Below the pieces are notes generated by a model. That model was given only the letters and a program-made list of their open reading frames with translations. It was not told the origin of the DNA and searched no databases. The position numbers were made by a program, and so were the translations under genes. From NCBI RefSeq assembly GCF_001194135.2, contig NC_068991.1, positions 43,589,018 to 43,653,017 on the forward strand: a stretch of 64,000 nt of DNA. Direction: 5' to 3'. The stretch comes from Octopus bimaculoides (taxonomy: Eukaryota). Shown in pieces: positions 50,601 through 64,000 of the stretch (position 1 is its first letter; each line of letters opens with the position of its first letter).

Positions 50601-51305
50601 CACCCTAACATTTTTATAGGAGAATAGAGTGTTTACAATTTTGGAAGCATGCAGATCAGAAATATGACAGTGAGAGAGTAAGAGAGAGAAACGAGTCATG
50701 AGAGAGAAATGTCAAGAAAGAGAAGAGAGCGTGAAGTGGGTAGAAGAAAAGAGAGGGATGGCAAAAGAGATGAAAGGGAGGGTAGGAGAGATGAGAAGAA
50801 GGGTAAGAGACACAACAGAAAGCTGGAGAGAAAGAACAGAAAATACAAGAGAGAGAATGAACAGAAGAAATGAGAAACAGGGAGGGAACAGAAATAATGA
50901 GAAGAAAAGAAAACTGAAAAAGACATTTGAAAGAAGTGGTAAGTAGAGAGATGGAGAAAGAAAAAGACAAGGAAAATGCTCATCTCTTGCTGGTTTTTAT
51001 TACTGGAGTCTCTATTCACTTAAGAAATAGTCTTTGTGCATTCTGAGTGTGATTGTTGATTGGTCCCACAGATCTTGGAATGATTTGACAAAGCTGTATA
51101 CTAGCCTCTATGGCAACAGCACACACATGAAATACGATGACTACAAACTGAACTGTACTCTTATGCCACAAACCCACACATGAGCATATTATATTTGGTC
51201 TCCAGACTATTGATGACATTTATAAACTATTTTTATTAACAACTCGTGTGCAGAAAGGAAAAAAGAATGAATGTATAATTATAATGATGGGGAGTGTGTG
51301 AGTGA

Positions 51306-51306
<1 letters not shown>

Positions 51307-51376
<70 letters not shown>

Positions 51377-51393
51377 CATACATACATACATAC
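51307..51393. repeat. Long (TA)n followed by (TACA)n
   Basis: Directly visible. Confidence 0.95.
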
Positions 51394-53500
51394 ACCATGA
51401 TTTTACTAAATTAATAATCTTAGGCTCTTATTCTCTAGCTACACTTGTGGCTTTCTACAGGTTCACAGAACAATTTGAACTCAGCACTTGTTAATTATAT
51501 AGAACTTCAGTAATCCTCATTCACAACAGTGTGTTATATCTATTCACAGTACTTGTTTAAAGCTAAATGGAACTGAGCCAGTAGGATAATTAACTCTTAA
51601 AACTGTGTTTATTGTTGATTTTGTCCTTGAATAAACTCTACTCAAACAGAATTCCAAAGTTTTATCATCATCATCATCATCATCATTTAACATTCACTTT
51701 TCCATACTTGCATGGGTCAGATAGAACTTGTCAAGGCAGATTTTCTATGGTTGGGTGGATTTATGAGGTGCAGCAGAGTTGTAAGAAGTTTGCTTCCCAA
51801 TGACATGATTCCAGGTTCAGTCCCACTGCATGGTACATTGGGCAAGTAAGTGTTTTGCACTATAGCCCTGGGCTGACCAAAGCCTCATGCATGGATCTGG
51901 TAGACAGAAACTGAAAGAAGCCCATCACGTGTGTGTGTGTGTATCTTCATATCTGTCCCCCACCCCACCCCACCGCACACCAATTGTCAACTGGCATTGG
52001 TTTATTCATGTCCCCATAACTTAGCAATTCAGCAAAAAGAGACCAATAAAATAAGTACCAGGCTTAGAAAAAAAAGGTACTTAGAAAAAGAAAACTTTCA
52101 AGGTGGTGCTCCAGCATGGCTGAAGTCTAGTGACTGAAACAAGTGATAAAAGATATATGTTTGTGAGTATGTGCTCATATTCAAACATACAATCATAAAT
52201 GTATGTCCATACATACCCTCATATATATGATTAATAAAAAAAAACTCAGATGTGTTACATGAAGCTTACTAACTATAACTAAGCTTATATTAAAAAAATG
52301 TAAATTTTTACTGAAGAAGAAAATAGATGAAATGTTCAAGCGTTTCCTAAACTGTGAGTGAAATTAATGAAAACATTCCAATTGAAATCTGAAACCTCAA
52401 CTGCAATATTGAATCGGTTAAGTTAACCTCAATTACATAGGTCGTGTGCATTTACATACAGAGACAGTTTCACAACTTGCCTACATATCTGATTTCATTT
52501 TAGTCTGTCTCAATTAATGAACAGTCCCAAATTAAGCTGCCTAAATTTCTTGTCACAGTACAATTTAAATTTATATAATTTTTAATGATTAATCATAATC
52601 TATTAGTTTATTATTATTTAATTTCTTCATCTTTAATGGAACTCAAGACTGCAGTTAATGACAGCCATTTGCTTCTGTCTTTCACAAATCAGTGCCATTT
52701 TAGCCAGATCAGCAGATATGATCTTACATCATGCTGATTTTTGCTAAGTTCTTTCCCACATGATACAACTTTAGGAATGTTATGCTGCAACATTTTCATT
52801 ACAGAATTGAGAAAACAAATTCTTCTATTTGATTTCAAGCACCTATTGTGACAACTGGTTTTCTAGGAGAGCTGCTTATTTTCTGCAAGCAACAATAGTT
52901 GAGCTATGTTGCAAGTCCCTCTCATATGCAGATATGTATGAGTGTGCACATGTATATGTTTGTCTCTTTGTCTTGACATCATGGGATAGTAATAAATAAG
53001 TTTCACTGTCATACAAGCAAAGTCTTGTTTCCTGTCTTTCATGTAAACACATTCAGCCATGGGGAAACATTAACTTGCTTGGAAACAAGTGAGAACTGGC
53101 AACAGGTAGAAGATCTGGCCGTAAAAATCTGCCTCAATGCTGGTGATGATGATAATGACAAGTGTTGTTATTTCAAATTGAAAGATTGAAAATAGCGTGA
53201 ACAGAATTTATAGAAAATTTTTGACACAAGTTGTGATAAGAACATCTATGTTGTAAAGAAGTTTCATGACATACACCGTTTCTAAGCATATTCCCCCAAA
53301 ATTTATTTGCATACAGCTGTGGAAAGAAAGATGTGAATATTCCACTATATACATAGAAGGGGCCAACAGGAAATTTGTTACAGGACTTTAGAGCCCACAT
53401 GGAATAATTGGAAGTGTTGGATTTGGTTGAACCAAAGACACCAATGTGATATGGGACATGGTGTGGAATCCTTTTTTAGTGACAGTAGGACAGTCTAAAC

Positions 53501-53840
53501 CAGTGGTTTTCAACCAGGGTCCATATGGCCTCTGATGGTCCATAGAAGACTTTTGGGGTCCCATGCAACAAAATAGTAAATTGAGGATCCACAATAGCAT
53601 GTCAAGTGCCTCTGAAAAAATTTTGCTTTAGATGTATGTATTGTAAGAAACAGCTAGGTTTCTTTCTCTAACATTTTACATAGTTCAACCTCTGCATGTT
53701 AATGAGTGAAAAGCAAAATAAGAATTTTGAAAGACGTTTCTATAAAACTAGTTTTTAAACATCGAAAGGCTATGGGGATCCACCAGAGTAAAATAGTAAT
53801 CAAAGGGGTACACAGATAAAAAAATGTTTGAGAACCCCTG
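53501..53840. mobile_element. hAT (Charlie-like) MITE with an 8-bp TSD
   Basis: TIRs CAGTGGTTTTCAACC / GTTTGAGAACCCCTG; perfect TSD GTCTAAAC at 53493-53500 and 53841-53848. Confidence 0.9.
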
Positions 53841-55169
53841 GTCTAAACTATAAATAACCTATTAGTTTGTCCATTATTAGATTGCCTAAACTGTTTGGAT
53901 GATTTGAGAAATAACAATGTGTAAGATTGTGTAACAAAAGCAGAAAATTTGACATTGGTATGATAGTAATTTGTAATTTTGTAAAAACTATATGCAAATC
54001 TTAATAAAGAAAAGAATGTGTATTTGTCAAGAGAACAACCCTGTCTTTTCCTTAGCCCCAAATGTTGGGTTGATAGCTCAGCTCAATTGACTTCTTTTTC
54101 TTAATTTTAAGTAACTGTAGTATACTGAAGTTAATTTAATTGGTTATATCCTTATGTCATATGAAAAAAGAATTTCTGTACCAAGTCATAGTGACTATTC
54201 TTTAAATCAATATTCAAGCAAGCAGAATTAACCATAATTTCTTAAAAAACAAAAATTTCAAGGAAGCTCTCAGAAAATAGATATTCTTTACATTGATTAT
54301 TTAGCCATAAATAATTTTATTTGTTCACAAGAGAATGTAACTGATGAAATTAATCCTAACCTTTGCAGATTCACATATTCTGTCAATAGCTGAGAGGTGA
54401 AAAGTGAAGTTAGGTTTTGTGAGATCTGAATTTAGAATGAAGACAATACTAAAACCCTACAAGGATTTAACTTTGGGGACTAATAGTTTCTGTCAACTTG
54501 TTACTATTATTGAGTGCAATATATTTTTTTAAAAAGTGGCATTGCAAATGTTTCAATAAACGGCACACAGGACACATTTGGTAAAAACCCATTTACTTGA
54601 GGTTTAGTAGACTTCAAACTTTATCCCACACTTGTATAATATTTTCAATCTGTCTTTTAGCATCACTAGTACAAAGTCTAACCATCTAAATTCACTGGGT
54701 CTGTTCTAGATTTTATCTCCATTCAAAACTCTTCTTATGCTTCTTACTACTCTTACTTTGTTTTTCACTTCCTATCTTTCCATTGTTCAGTTAAATTTAT
54801 TTACTCTCAACAAGAACAAAATGTTTATTACTGTTCTTATTTTTAACTCAAGTCCATTGTCTGGAAATCTTTCATCACACATCTGGTACCTCTTCATTGA
54901 TACTTTCCATCGTGTGTGCTCCTGCTCTGCTTAGTTCATTCTGGACTAAGTGGAGCATGAGAATGGAAAATGTTGCTGAAGAGGTTACAGATGTGTGATG
55001 AAAGATTTCTGGACAATAGACAAGAATAAAATGAATTACAATAAAGAGGATCAACAGCTTCAATAGCAGAGCCCTGAAAACAATTGAGAACATCAGATGA
55101 TACCATCACATTTCTAACAAAGAACTGTGTGTGTGCATACATCATTCCACAGCCTCTCACCTTGTAGCT

Positions 55170-55460
55170 GTTTGCCACATGCCCTGGTATGGACATGTCC
55201 TTCGCCTTTTGCCACATCATCCTACCAGACCCTTGATCTCATTTGATGCAGTGGTTGTGGGCTGGAAGAAGCCCTGTGGCAGGCCCTGCACCAGATGGCT
55301 GGACTGATTAAGGAAGATCTCTTGGAGGTTCCAGAAGGGCTGGCAAAGGACCACCAGTGGTGGGGAATACTGGTGGATCTGGTTGACTCTACACATGATG
55401 ACGCCTCTGGAACCACTAACCTGGAATGACCCCAGTCCCATCAAGCAAGAAGCAAGCAAG
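55170..55460 (+). mobile_element. RTE-clade LINE 3' end with (CAAG)n tail
   Basis: WYGHVLRL...GWKKPCGRPCTRWLD*...KDHQWWGILV; tail TCAAGCAAGAAGCAAGCAAG. Confidence 0.75.
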
Positions 55461-57978
55461 TAGGGCTACATGGATACAAATACATAACCAATAAAAGCAA
55501 ATGCACCTACAGAAATTACTACACACTCTTGTGCATTTCCTTCCACATAGTCAGAGATATTGCAGGTATGGCTGTGTGATCAAGGAGTTTGCTTCCCAAC
55601 TGCATACTTTCAAGTTCAATCAAACACAGTGAAACTGAAACTGAAACCATGTAGTTGGGAAGTATTTTCTACTATAGTGCTGGGCTAATAAAAAAAATTG
55701 TGAGTGGATCTGATAGATGAAAACTGAAAGAAGCCTGTTGTATGTACGTATAAGTGGAGATGTGTGTGTGCGTGTGTGTGCTGTCTTGGCATCATGCAAT
55801 TGTTGTAAATAAGCACTACTGTCATACAAGTGGTGTCCTTCATTTCCAATCTCCTGTATAAGCATGTTTGGCCATGAAGAAGTATTGCCTTGCTTAGAAA
55901 CAGGTAAAATAGGATTGGCAACAAGAAAGGCTCTGACCATAGAAATCCCCCTCAACAAGTTCTGTCTGATCCATGCAAGTACAAAAAAGGGGACATTACA
56001 ATAATGATGATGGATATGGAAAAAACATTATTTCTAAAACTACATTTGCAACACCTCAACAGTAAACAAGATTTAAGTATGATACTATTATACATTTTGC
56101 TAGCTATCATTGATAGCTAGCATCCTTAATAACACTAAGTGTCCTCCGTGACTGCTTTCTTAGTTAATAAAGGGGCATCAATAATATTTTAGGAAATATT
56201 CTTCAGACCTACCATGATGCATGTCATAATGTATCTGTGTGTGCACTTGGAAAAGAGAGTAACTGCTCTAAAGCTTCACTTTCTTCAATGTACCTAGAAT
56301 GTAGGTACATTGAGCTTTACTAAGCTTCTCTACTAACCAAGAATATATCACTGGGCCTCAAGGGGATTTCTCTGATATAAAACATTTAGAGGTGAAGGCT
56401 CCTCTCCAGATATACTCACAAAATGAGAAAAAGCACTTCATCCTCAACTCATCAGTTTGTGTACTATCTATGGGTGCAGTTCATCTTTCATTTTCTTTCT
56501 AGGATATCTTGCTACTTATTCTTTGACTAAATCTAACATGAATAAAAACAGTCTTTCCTATGAAAGTCTGTATCACATTTTCTTCCACAAAACATTAACA
56601 AAGCTAATATCATCCACTGTCCTTACCAAACCTTCAGTTCTGTAAAAAAAAAAAGCTGGGAAAGAAACCCTTTTACTTTCACTAGAACTTTACTTGAAAC
56701 ATTATGGTCGATTCATAGGTAAAATACATGTGAGTGTATACAGCTGATGAAAAGATAATTCTGGATACAATGTAATCTATGCCAGGTAGAATTCCCAGAA
56801 GATGAAGCATACTAATTTTTTCAACAGCTACACAGATTAGGTTGTGTAGAACCAAGAATTTTGCTTAAATACATAAACAATATTCTGCAATGAATTTTTA
56901 ACATTTGTGAGCTGGTGGTATGGCCTATTTTTGTTTTCTTTTTTATTGATAGTTTTTATTGTGTGGCGATCACATGCATATCAGATGACTAGCCATGAGC
57001 AAAACTCATCAGTTTACTGCTTAACTCTTTCTTGTCAACTCTTGGGACTCCATTACCGAAAGGGAGAAGAGGGAAACAGAGAGGAGGGAGAGAAAGAGAG
57101 AGGAGGAAGAGGAAAGAGAGAAGACGTGTGTATGAGCATGCATATATGTGTGCTTGTACAATAACTGTAAGGTTAAGGTGTGTGTGAGAGAGGAAGAGGG
57201 GGACAGAGAGAGGGGAGGGTAAGAGTGAGTGTGTGTGTGTGTTTGTAATTGTAGATATTAAATGAACAGAGATGTAAACAGCACTGAATCCTACTTCCAG
57301 TCTACACCACATTGTTAAAAAGAAAGTTCAGTTACTAAAAAGTTAATAAATTAAGAAAGATTCAACAAAAGACTTAGCTAATGATTGTTGGAAAAGTGCA
57401 TTTACTTCGTCTATTTAGAGCTCATATATTACTTGAATTCATTGATATTGTAGTAGTAGTAGTAGTAGTAGTAGTAGTATAGTGTTGCACTTAATTGTCA
57501 GCTTGAAAGTATCAGTTGAAAAGACACACATAGACAAAAAATAAATAAATAAAAATAAAAAGTCTAATAGATAATTATTATCTTTGAGTATGCTAGTGTG
57601 GTCAATAAATCACAGGAAAATCACACAAAATACAGTATCTCAATTGTCAAGAGTACTAAACTAAATTTTCAAGTTCAAATTTAACTTTTAACATTAACTG
57701 AACCACAGCACAAACATTGCCTAAATAAAGGAACTGATGATAAAGGGAAATTCCACAACCCATCCAACAATTAAACATGATTAATGGTTTTCCTTTCATT
57801 TGATTAATATCCATTGTTATATTAGCAAAAAATTCATAATTATCTTTATGAGAATACAAATATTAATCTCTTGCATGATTTCCATTCCTTCAACATCATA
57901 TAGCCAAATGGATAAAATATTTGTCCTTTTGTTACGACTAATTTTGAAAATGAGGTAGAGTTTAGTAAAATAACTTTA

Positions 57979-58841
57979 TGATGTGCTATCAAAAAGTTCC
58001 CAGACTAGTTCTGTAGCATGCCAATAGATGGCAGTACATGGTTGTGTGCGCAGTAAAGGCTAGCAGTGACCTTCAAAAGATAGTGTGCTGGGTGACATCT
58101 CTGTGTTTACTTTGCAAGTTGTGAAATCTATGTTTTTGTGATCACATGTATGCTGTAGTCTGCAATATTGTCATGGACAGGAAGCTGGAACAAAGAGCCA
58201 ATGTGAAATTTTGTGCTAAACTTGAGAAGTCTGCTACAGAGACATTGGGCATGCTTCACAAGCTTACTGTGACAAGGCAATGGGTTGTACACTATGTTTT
58301 GAGTGGCATGGGTGCTTCAAAAGTGGAAGAGCATCCTTGGAGGACCTGCCACAAGCATCACTCCTGGAAATGTGGTATGGGGCAGTAGGAATTCATCTCC
58401 CAGGGCTAGACTGTCAATCAAGAGTTCTAGTGTGACATTTTGAAGCATTTGACAGAGTGACTGGATCTGTGGAGTGTGAAGAATTGGATTCTTCCTGAGC
58501 TCTCCTCACTTGTGAGTTTCTTGCCAAAAGCAACATGGAATCACTTCTGCACCTTCCCTATTCACCAGATTTAGCACCTGCAGACTTCCATCTCTTCCCC
58601 AAAATGGAAATGAGCTAAAGGTCACCATTTTAACACCATTGCCAGGATCCAGAGCAAATTGCAGAAGGTTCTCAACTCACTTACGGAAAATGGACTTCCA
58701 GGCCAGATTCCAAAAGTGACAGGAATGCTGGGACCAGTGTATTGGTGCACAAGGTGACTGTTTTGAAGGAGATGAAACTTAGGTAAATAAGTTATTTTTT
58801 ATTAAACATAACTAGTCCGGGAACCTTTTGATACCACCTCA
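57979..58841 (+). mobile_element. Internally deleted mariner (Tc1/mariner) DNA transposon
   Basis: TIRs TA|TGATGTGCTATCAAAAAGTTCCCAGACTAGTT and AACTAGTCCGGGAACCTTTTGATACCACCTCA. Transposase remnants MDRKLEQRANVKFCAKLEKSATETLGML and LPYSPDLAPADFHLFPK. About 860 bp versus ~1.3 kb typical. Confidence 0.92.
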
Positions 58842-61330
58842 TTTGGTGGACTTTCGGAAGAGCTGTCCCACATAAGTTGGATTTTCTCTGATTTGGCCAG
58901 GATTTTTAAAACTCTTTTGTTGTATACCGCACTTCAAAATGATGCAGGGAAGCCTTTACCAAAAAATTTTTTTTGAAATCTATAATTTTTACATGTCTGA
59001 GCCCCTCTCACCATTCCTTGTACCTTCATGACAGCCATCATCATTAAAAAATATTTTTCCCCATCATGTTATAGTTATTCCATATTATGAGACATGAACT
59101 CTGAATTTTTAGAGGGAAAAAAAATTTTTAATCCATAATTTAAATTTTTTTCCACTGCATGTGGAATAGTATCATTATTAATCTAGGTGTCAGGAACATA
59201 AATTAACATGAAATTTTGATGGATGGTTTTAATTTAAATCATAGTAAAATAGTAAATTTGTATTACAGACCCAAGGATGGTCTCAAGCAGTTCACACCTT
59301 TTAGTATAAAATGTACAGAAGGCATTATGTTGTTTATTTGAGAACATGATTCTATGTGCTTTTAATTAATCAAGCTATCAAAGACAAGGATGCTAAATTG
59401 GAAATGTCAATTGAAATAGGCTGATGTCTGAGCGACAGGATCAATTCATTGTCCATTTATATTTACTCATTTTCATAATTCAAATCATTACTTTTGTAAG
59501 TACTGGCTTGATTTCATTTACATATAAATTACACAGAGATCCCATGTATGGGTAATGTAAAAGAAATTTTAAGTTACTTTGTGTATTATTTCCAGCATAC
59601 GTAATAATTATATTGTGTTCTCTGTCTCTCTCTTTCAGCAAGCAATAAATTATTTAGAGAATTTAGCATGTGAAAAGAATTACTTGAACAGTTTAATGCT
59701 TTATGTACCATGATGAATGCTATTCTTACAGTTTGGTATGCATGGTATGGAAAGGGACATCTATATAGTGATATAGTATTAAAAAAAAACAGGTAGAAAA
59801 AATACTTCAGTATATTTCTGAAAGGTAGAATATTTGTAACAGCAAACATTTTCTGTGGGGAAAATATTTATTTTCAGTTAACTGAACTAATGTGACAAGC
59901 TGAGATCCACCACTATATTTAAAAAGGATTCAGGAAAACATTGATGAGAAAAATTGCATCTCTTGACCAACTCAACTACATAAAAGTAGAAATATCCCAT
60001 GACATCTTTACTTTCTGGATCAGAAATGAAAGAGATTTGTAAGAACTACATCTGGAAAATTTTAGGATTAAACATGGGCCATTAACAAAAATGAAATATT
60101 TGTGGATAGGGAATTCAAAGTTGTGGTTTTATGCTTATTGAGAACTTATAACTACCACACTACAGACATTAACTACACAGCTAATAGTTTTAATAGTTTT
60201 CACAGTTCCTTATGTAAATAATTTCTATATACAATGAGTAATCTGAAGAAGGAAAATGTAAGATTTGTTACTTGGCAAAAAATTATCCCCAAGAGAAAGA
60301 TTGATATTTGGTGGAACTAAAGCAAAAAATTGTATTAAGGAAAAAGGAATTTTACGAATCAACATTCAACAGTGTGATGATTAGGAATGCAAATTTGATT
60401 AGAGAGGGGGAGTTATATATGCTGTCAGGAAATTGTAGAAAATTTCCTTTTAAAATGCAATGAATATCTGTCTATGCTTGGTGGCTACTACATCCTTTCC
60501 ATACATATTGTTTCAAGTGCAGGTGTGTGTGTGTGTGCATGTATAGTTTACTGTTCCATTATTGGTAGAATCAACAAAAAGAACTGCTCCGTCCAGTGAG
60601 AGTTACATATCATTTAATATACACAGTATTTAAATACAAGCCACTATTACTTTCATGTTGTGCCTACATCTGCCCAAATATTTACATTTGCTAAAAATTT
60701 TGCATCATTTATGGATGTGCACTCTAGCAGTATAGCTCTACAAAGGGAATCTTCAAACACACATAAACCAGACATACATATATCTTCATCATCATTGCTA
60801 AACATCAGTTTCCATGCTGGCATGGGTTAGGCGGTTTGACAGGAGCTGGCTAGCCAGAGAGCTGGACGGGCTTCAACTGTCTGTTTCGACATGGTTTCTA
60901 TAGCTGGATGCCCTTCCTAACAACAATTACTTTGCAGAGTGTGCCGGGTGTATTTTATGTGCCACCAGCACAAGTGCATTTCATGTGGCAATGGCACATG
61001 CAAGACAAAGATCGCTTGGCTGGGAGAGGAAGCAAGGGCATGGCCATAAAAGAAAATGCTTATATGTATAAATGGCTGTGATTTTACTAAGCTTGACATG
61101 TCTTCTCAAGAATAGCAAATCGCCAGAAGTCTTGGTCTCTTGTCAATCTGCACAGCGAGGCCTAGTGTCCTCATCCATATGCACACACACACACATATAT
61201 ATATATATACAAACACACACATGCATGCATACACACACACACACACACACATTTGTTTGTGGAGTAATAATACTACCAATGGTTATACAGAAAGCTCCAC
61301 AATTTTCAAGCATTCCATCTCCAAGTTGGA

Positions 61331-61563
61331 TGAGATTACATGAGAGCACACAAGATTTTACAAGACTTCAAAACATTTCTTTGGTTAGTAGATACACATA
61401 GGGGGAGGTAAGTCATTTAGGGATAGGCTGGAAACATCCCTACTTATGCTTGATAGCTTAATTATTGATGGGGGTTGTTAGAGCCTCAGTGGGTCAACTC
61501 TCCTTATCTCTGTATATGTTAACAAAAATATTTTGAAATCTCACAAAATCTTGTGTAATCTCA
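61331..61563. mobile_element. Degenerate MITE-like inverted repeat (~45-bp arms)
   Basis: TGAGATTACA..CACAAGATTTTACAAGACTTCAAAACATTT versus reverse complement of right arm TGAGATTACACAAGATTTTGTGAGATTTCAAAATATTT; no TSD seen. Confidence 0.5.
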
Positions 61564-61709
61564 AGGAGGCAGATTACCAATATTTATAAGGGGAATACTG
61601 GACAAATTTGAACTTCCTGCATGAAACCATCAATCGCATTGTTAATCTACAAATATATATTTATCCAGCAAATACAGTGTTGAGCACTCATTTTCACTGT
61701 TTGCTATCA

Positions 61710-61744
<35 letters not shown>

Positions 61745-61835
61745 CATATATATACACATACACAAGGAAACTAGAATTCAAAACATGGATATATATATTT
61801 TTTTTTTTTTTAATTAATAATCAGCAGCAGTTATA

Positions 61836-62088
61836 CAGTGACTCAAGGGCCAAGAGTTATGTGCATTGGCACTTAAACTAGTTTCAAATCAATGGATCAC
61901 AAATCTATATACTGGTGTTAATGGTATTTCCCTGGAATGTTCAGGAACAAATTGTCATTGTTTTTTATTTGTTGCAAAACAATCTAGAGAGATACCATTA
62001 TCAGTGGTATATAAATTTATGCCCCATTGATTTGATACTAGTTTGAGAAGTGCCAAAGCACAAAACTCTAGATTCTTGAGTCACTCAG
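61836..62088. mobile_element. Foldback MITE with ~95-bp arms, probably Tc1-type (TA|CAGTG start)
   Basis: AGTGACTCAAG...GAGTT.TGTGC.TTGGCACTT..AACTAGT.TCAAATCAATGG...AAAT.TATATAC...ATAATGGTAT matches the reverse complement of ~61985-62085. Confidence 0.75.
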
Positions 62089-62877
62089 TAACTTCTGCCA
62101 ATTATTAATAAAAAACATATATATGTATGTACATAATGAATGTGCACATGGGTGTGTATTGGGGATAAACAAAAAAACATAAATGAGGTATGTCAGGTAA
62201 GAAAATAGTAGATCAAGAAATATTCATGATAAAGCTGTTAGATTAAATTTATTATCATAAGGATCCATAGTTGAGAGAAATAGCATGAGAATCACAATTG
62301 GAGTGATACAGTTTTGCAGAGTTGCTCCAGTCAAACGGATATTAAAACAATGATGAAGTATTGATTAGATAGGTCATAACTGCATCTCCTTTCCATTTCT
62401 AATCACACCACAGTACGTACATATGAGGGAATAAGCAATGAGGGAACCGCTTCTGCTTCAATTAACACAATATTTTTATTACCCGGATCTTACTATTCAT
62501 TTCCAATATTGTTTTGTTTTTCTTCCAAAAAAGATCAGCAATGCAAAGGGTTGATATTTTATTCTAGCTTCTATATTGTTAAGTGGTCGATTGTCAGATT
62601 TATTCCACTATAAAACATCAGCCTGCTGTTGTGCTTATTGACAGACATGCATGCAGATATAATCCACACATATTTCTCCCCACTGTTTCTATTACACAAA
62701 CACACATCCACATATATATAGTTATCAAGTTTGCTTCTTAAGAAGTTTGTGACTAAGTCCCACAGTGCAGCATCTTCAGCAATTCTCTTCTACTCTCCAT
62801 TCAATCCAAGCTTTTAAAGTGAAATTAGGTTGAAGACTGTGCAAAAGTATATTGGGCAAAATATACCTGTGACTTAA

Positions 62878-63092
62878 CATTTTAGCATTTAAACCAGCCA
62901 GATCCAGCCCAAATATTCTACATGTTTTATGTTCAAACTGATCAGATCCAGCCCCTCTCACCTTCCCTACAATGTCATTCTAAAAATATACAATCACACC
63001 ATTGAAATCTTGAAGCTATGAAATAATACATGATTAATACAAAATGATGGAAATAAAAAGCTGATTGACAGAGTAATCTGAATGCTAAAGGA
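62878..63092. mobile_element. piggyBac-like MITE, family B, with TTAA TSD
   Basis: TTAA|CATTTTAGCATTTA ... TGAATGCTAAAGGA|TTAA. Confidence 0.65.
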
Positions 63093-64000
63093 TTAAGGAC
63101 CCAGCTATCACATAGTGTAGTACACTGATTCTAAGGGTAAAAAGTGTCTGAAGAATGTTTAGACAATTACATTAAATTAAAAGAATTAAGTTATTCTGGT
63201 GATTAAACAAAGAGAATAATTTGTTTGTTGAAATCCACAAGAAAGTCCACTAAATGTATGTCATCATCAACATCTTACATCTGCTTTCCATACTAGTATG
63301 GGTTAGGTGCTTTGGTAAAAATGCGATGAGTGAGAGGACCAAGCCATGCTCCAATGTGGTTTAGCATGGTTTCCATGGGCAGATGCCCTTCCTAATGCTA
63401 ACCACTTTATGGAGTATCCTGGGCCCTTTTTAACAGGGCACTAGACTTAGTGGGGTGGTTATGCAACTTAAGGGCCTAAAGGGAACCTCTACAACTGAAA
63501 GAAGAACAGGTTTATATTTTTGGAGTGTAGTAGAGGAGAGAGTAACAAAGTGTACATTGTGAGAAGAGAGAGAGTAGGTAAGGACTAGGAGTAAGAAAGA
63601 ATGGATTAATATCAGGTGTTAGTGAGAAAGAGATGAACAGAGTGGTAGGGGTGATAAGGTGGGTTGTTTAAAGGGGATCCAGTGCTATCTTATATTGCAC
63701 GGGCAAGTATTGTAAGGGAAGACATGAGAATGGAGAGTGGTGGAGAGGAGAGGGAGACTGAATTAGGTGAGAGTGGTGAGGAATCTAAAGTGGGGGGGTG
63801 AAGGAAAATGGAGGTTTAGTGGGTTGCGGAGGTAGGCCAGGGAGGGAAAGATTTAACAATATTTCAGTTTAATGTCTCTATTTAAGACTTTTGATATTTC
63901 CTTATTGGAAAAAAGTACTCAGTATATATACAGGAGTGTCCTGAGAAAGTCATAACAGTGATTGGAAGAGACTTTAGTGGCAAAAGAATGAATATATAAT

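Overview
AT-rich, repeat-dense animal genomic DNA with six assembly gaps and many microsatellites. The SINE families look like those of Octopus/coleoid cephalopods, which is an inference from recalled repeat sequences. One host gene is securely identifiable: DESI2/PPPDE1 (desumoylating isopeptidase 2) on the minus strand. Three complete GT-AG exons (73, 94, 142 nt, the sizes I recall for human DESI2 exons 2-4) and the 3' part of the last exon give [103 protein letters not shown]-[gap]-EKALPKEWLTPVALQNVLQDPNHTDMEEQ*. The catalytic His (FHSG) and Cys (NCNHF) are intact. The ORF track largely misses this gene, and exon 1 was not found. The rest is decayed transposons (Ty3/Gypsy, Penelope GIY-YIG, R4/Dong-like, L1/Tx1, CR1, RTE, mariner, and hAT, piggyBac and TA-type MITEs) plus several SINE families. 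The most unusual structure is a ~510-bp palindrome at 13.6-14.1 kb flanked by a 13-bp target-site duplication. Each arm is an outward-facing tRNA-like Pol III head, an (AAT)n spacer and a degenerate Penelope-type hammerhead-ribozyme motif. All calls were made by eye; no alignments or searches were run.
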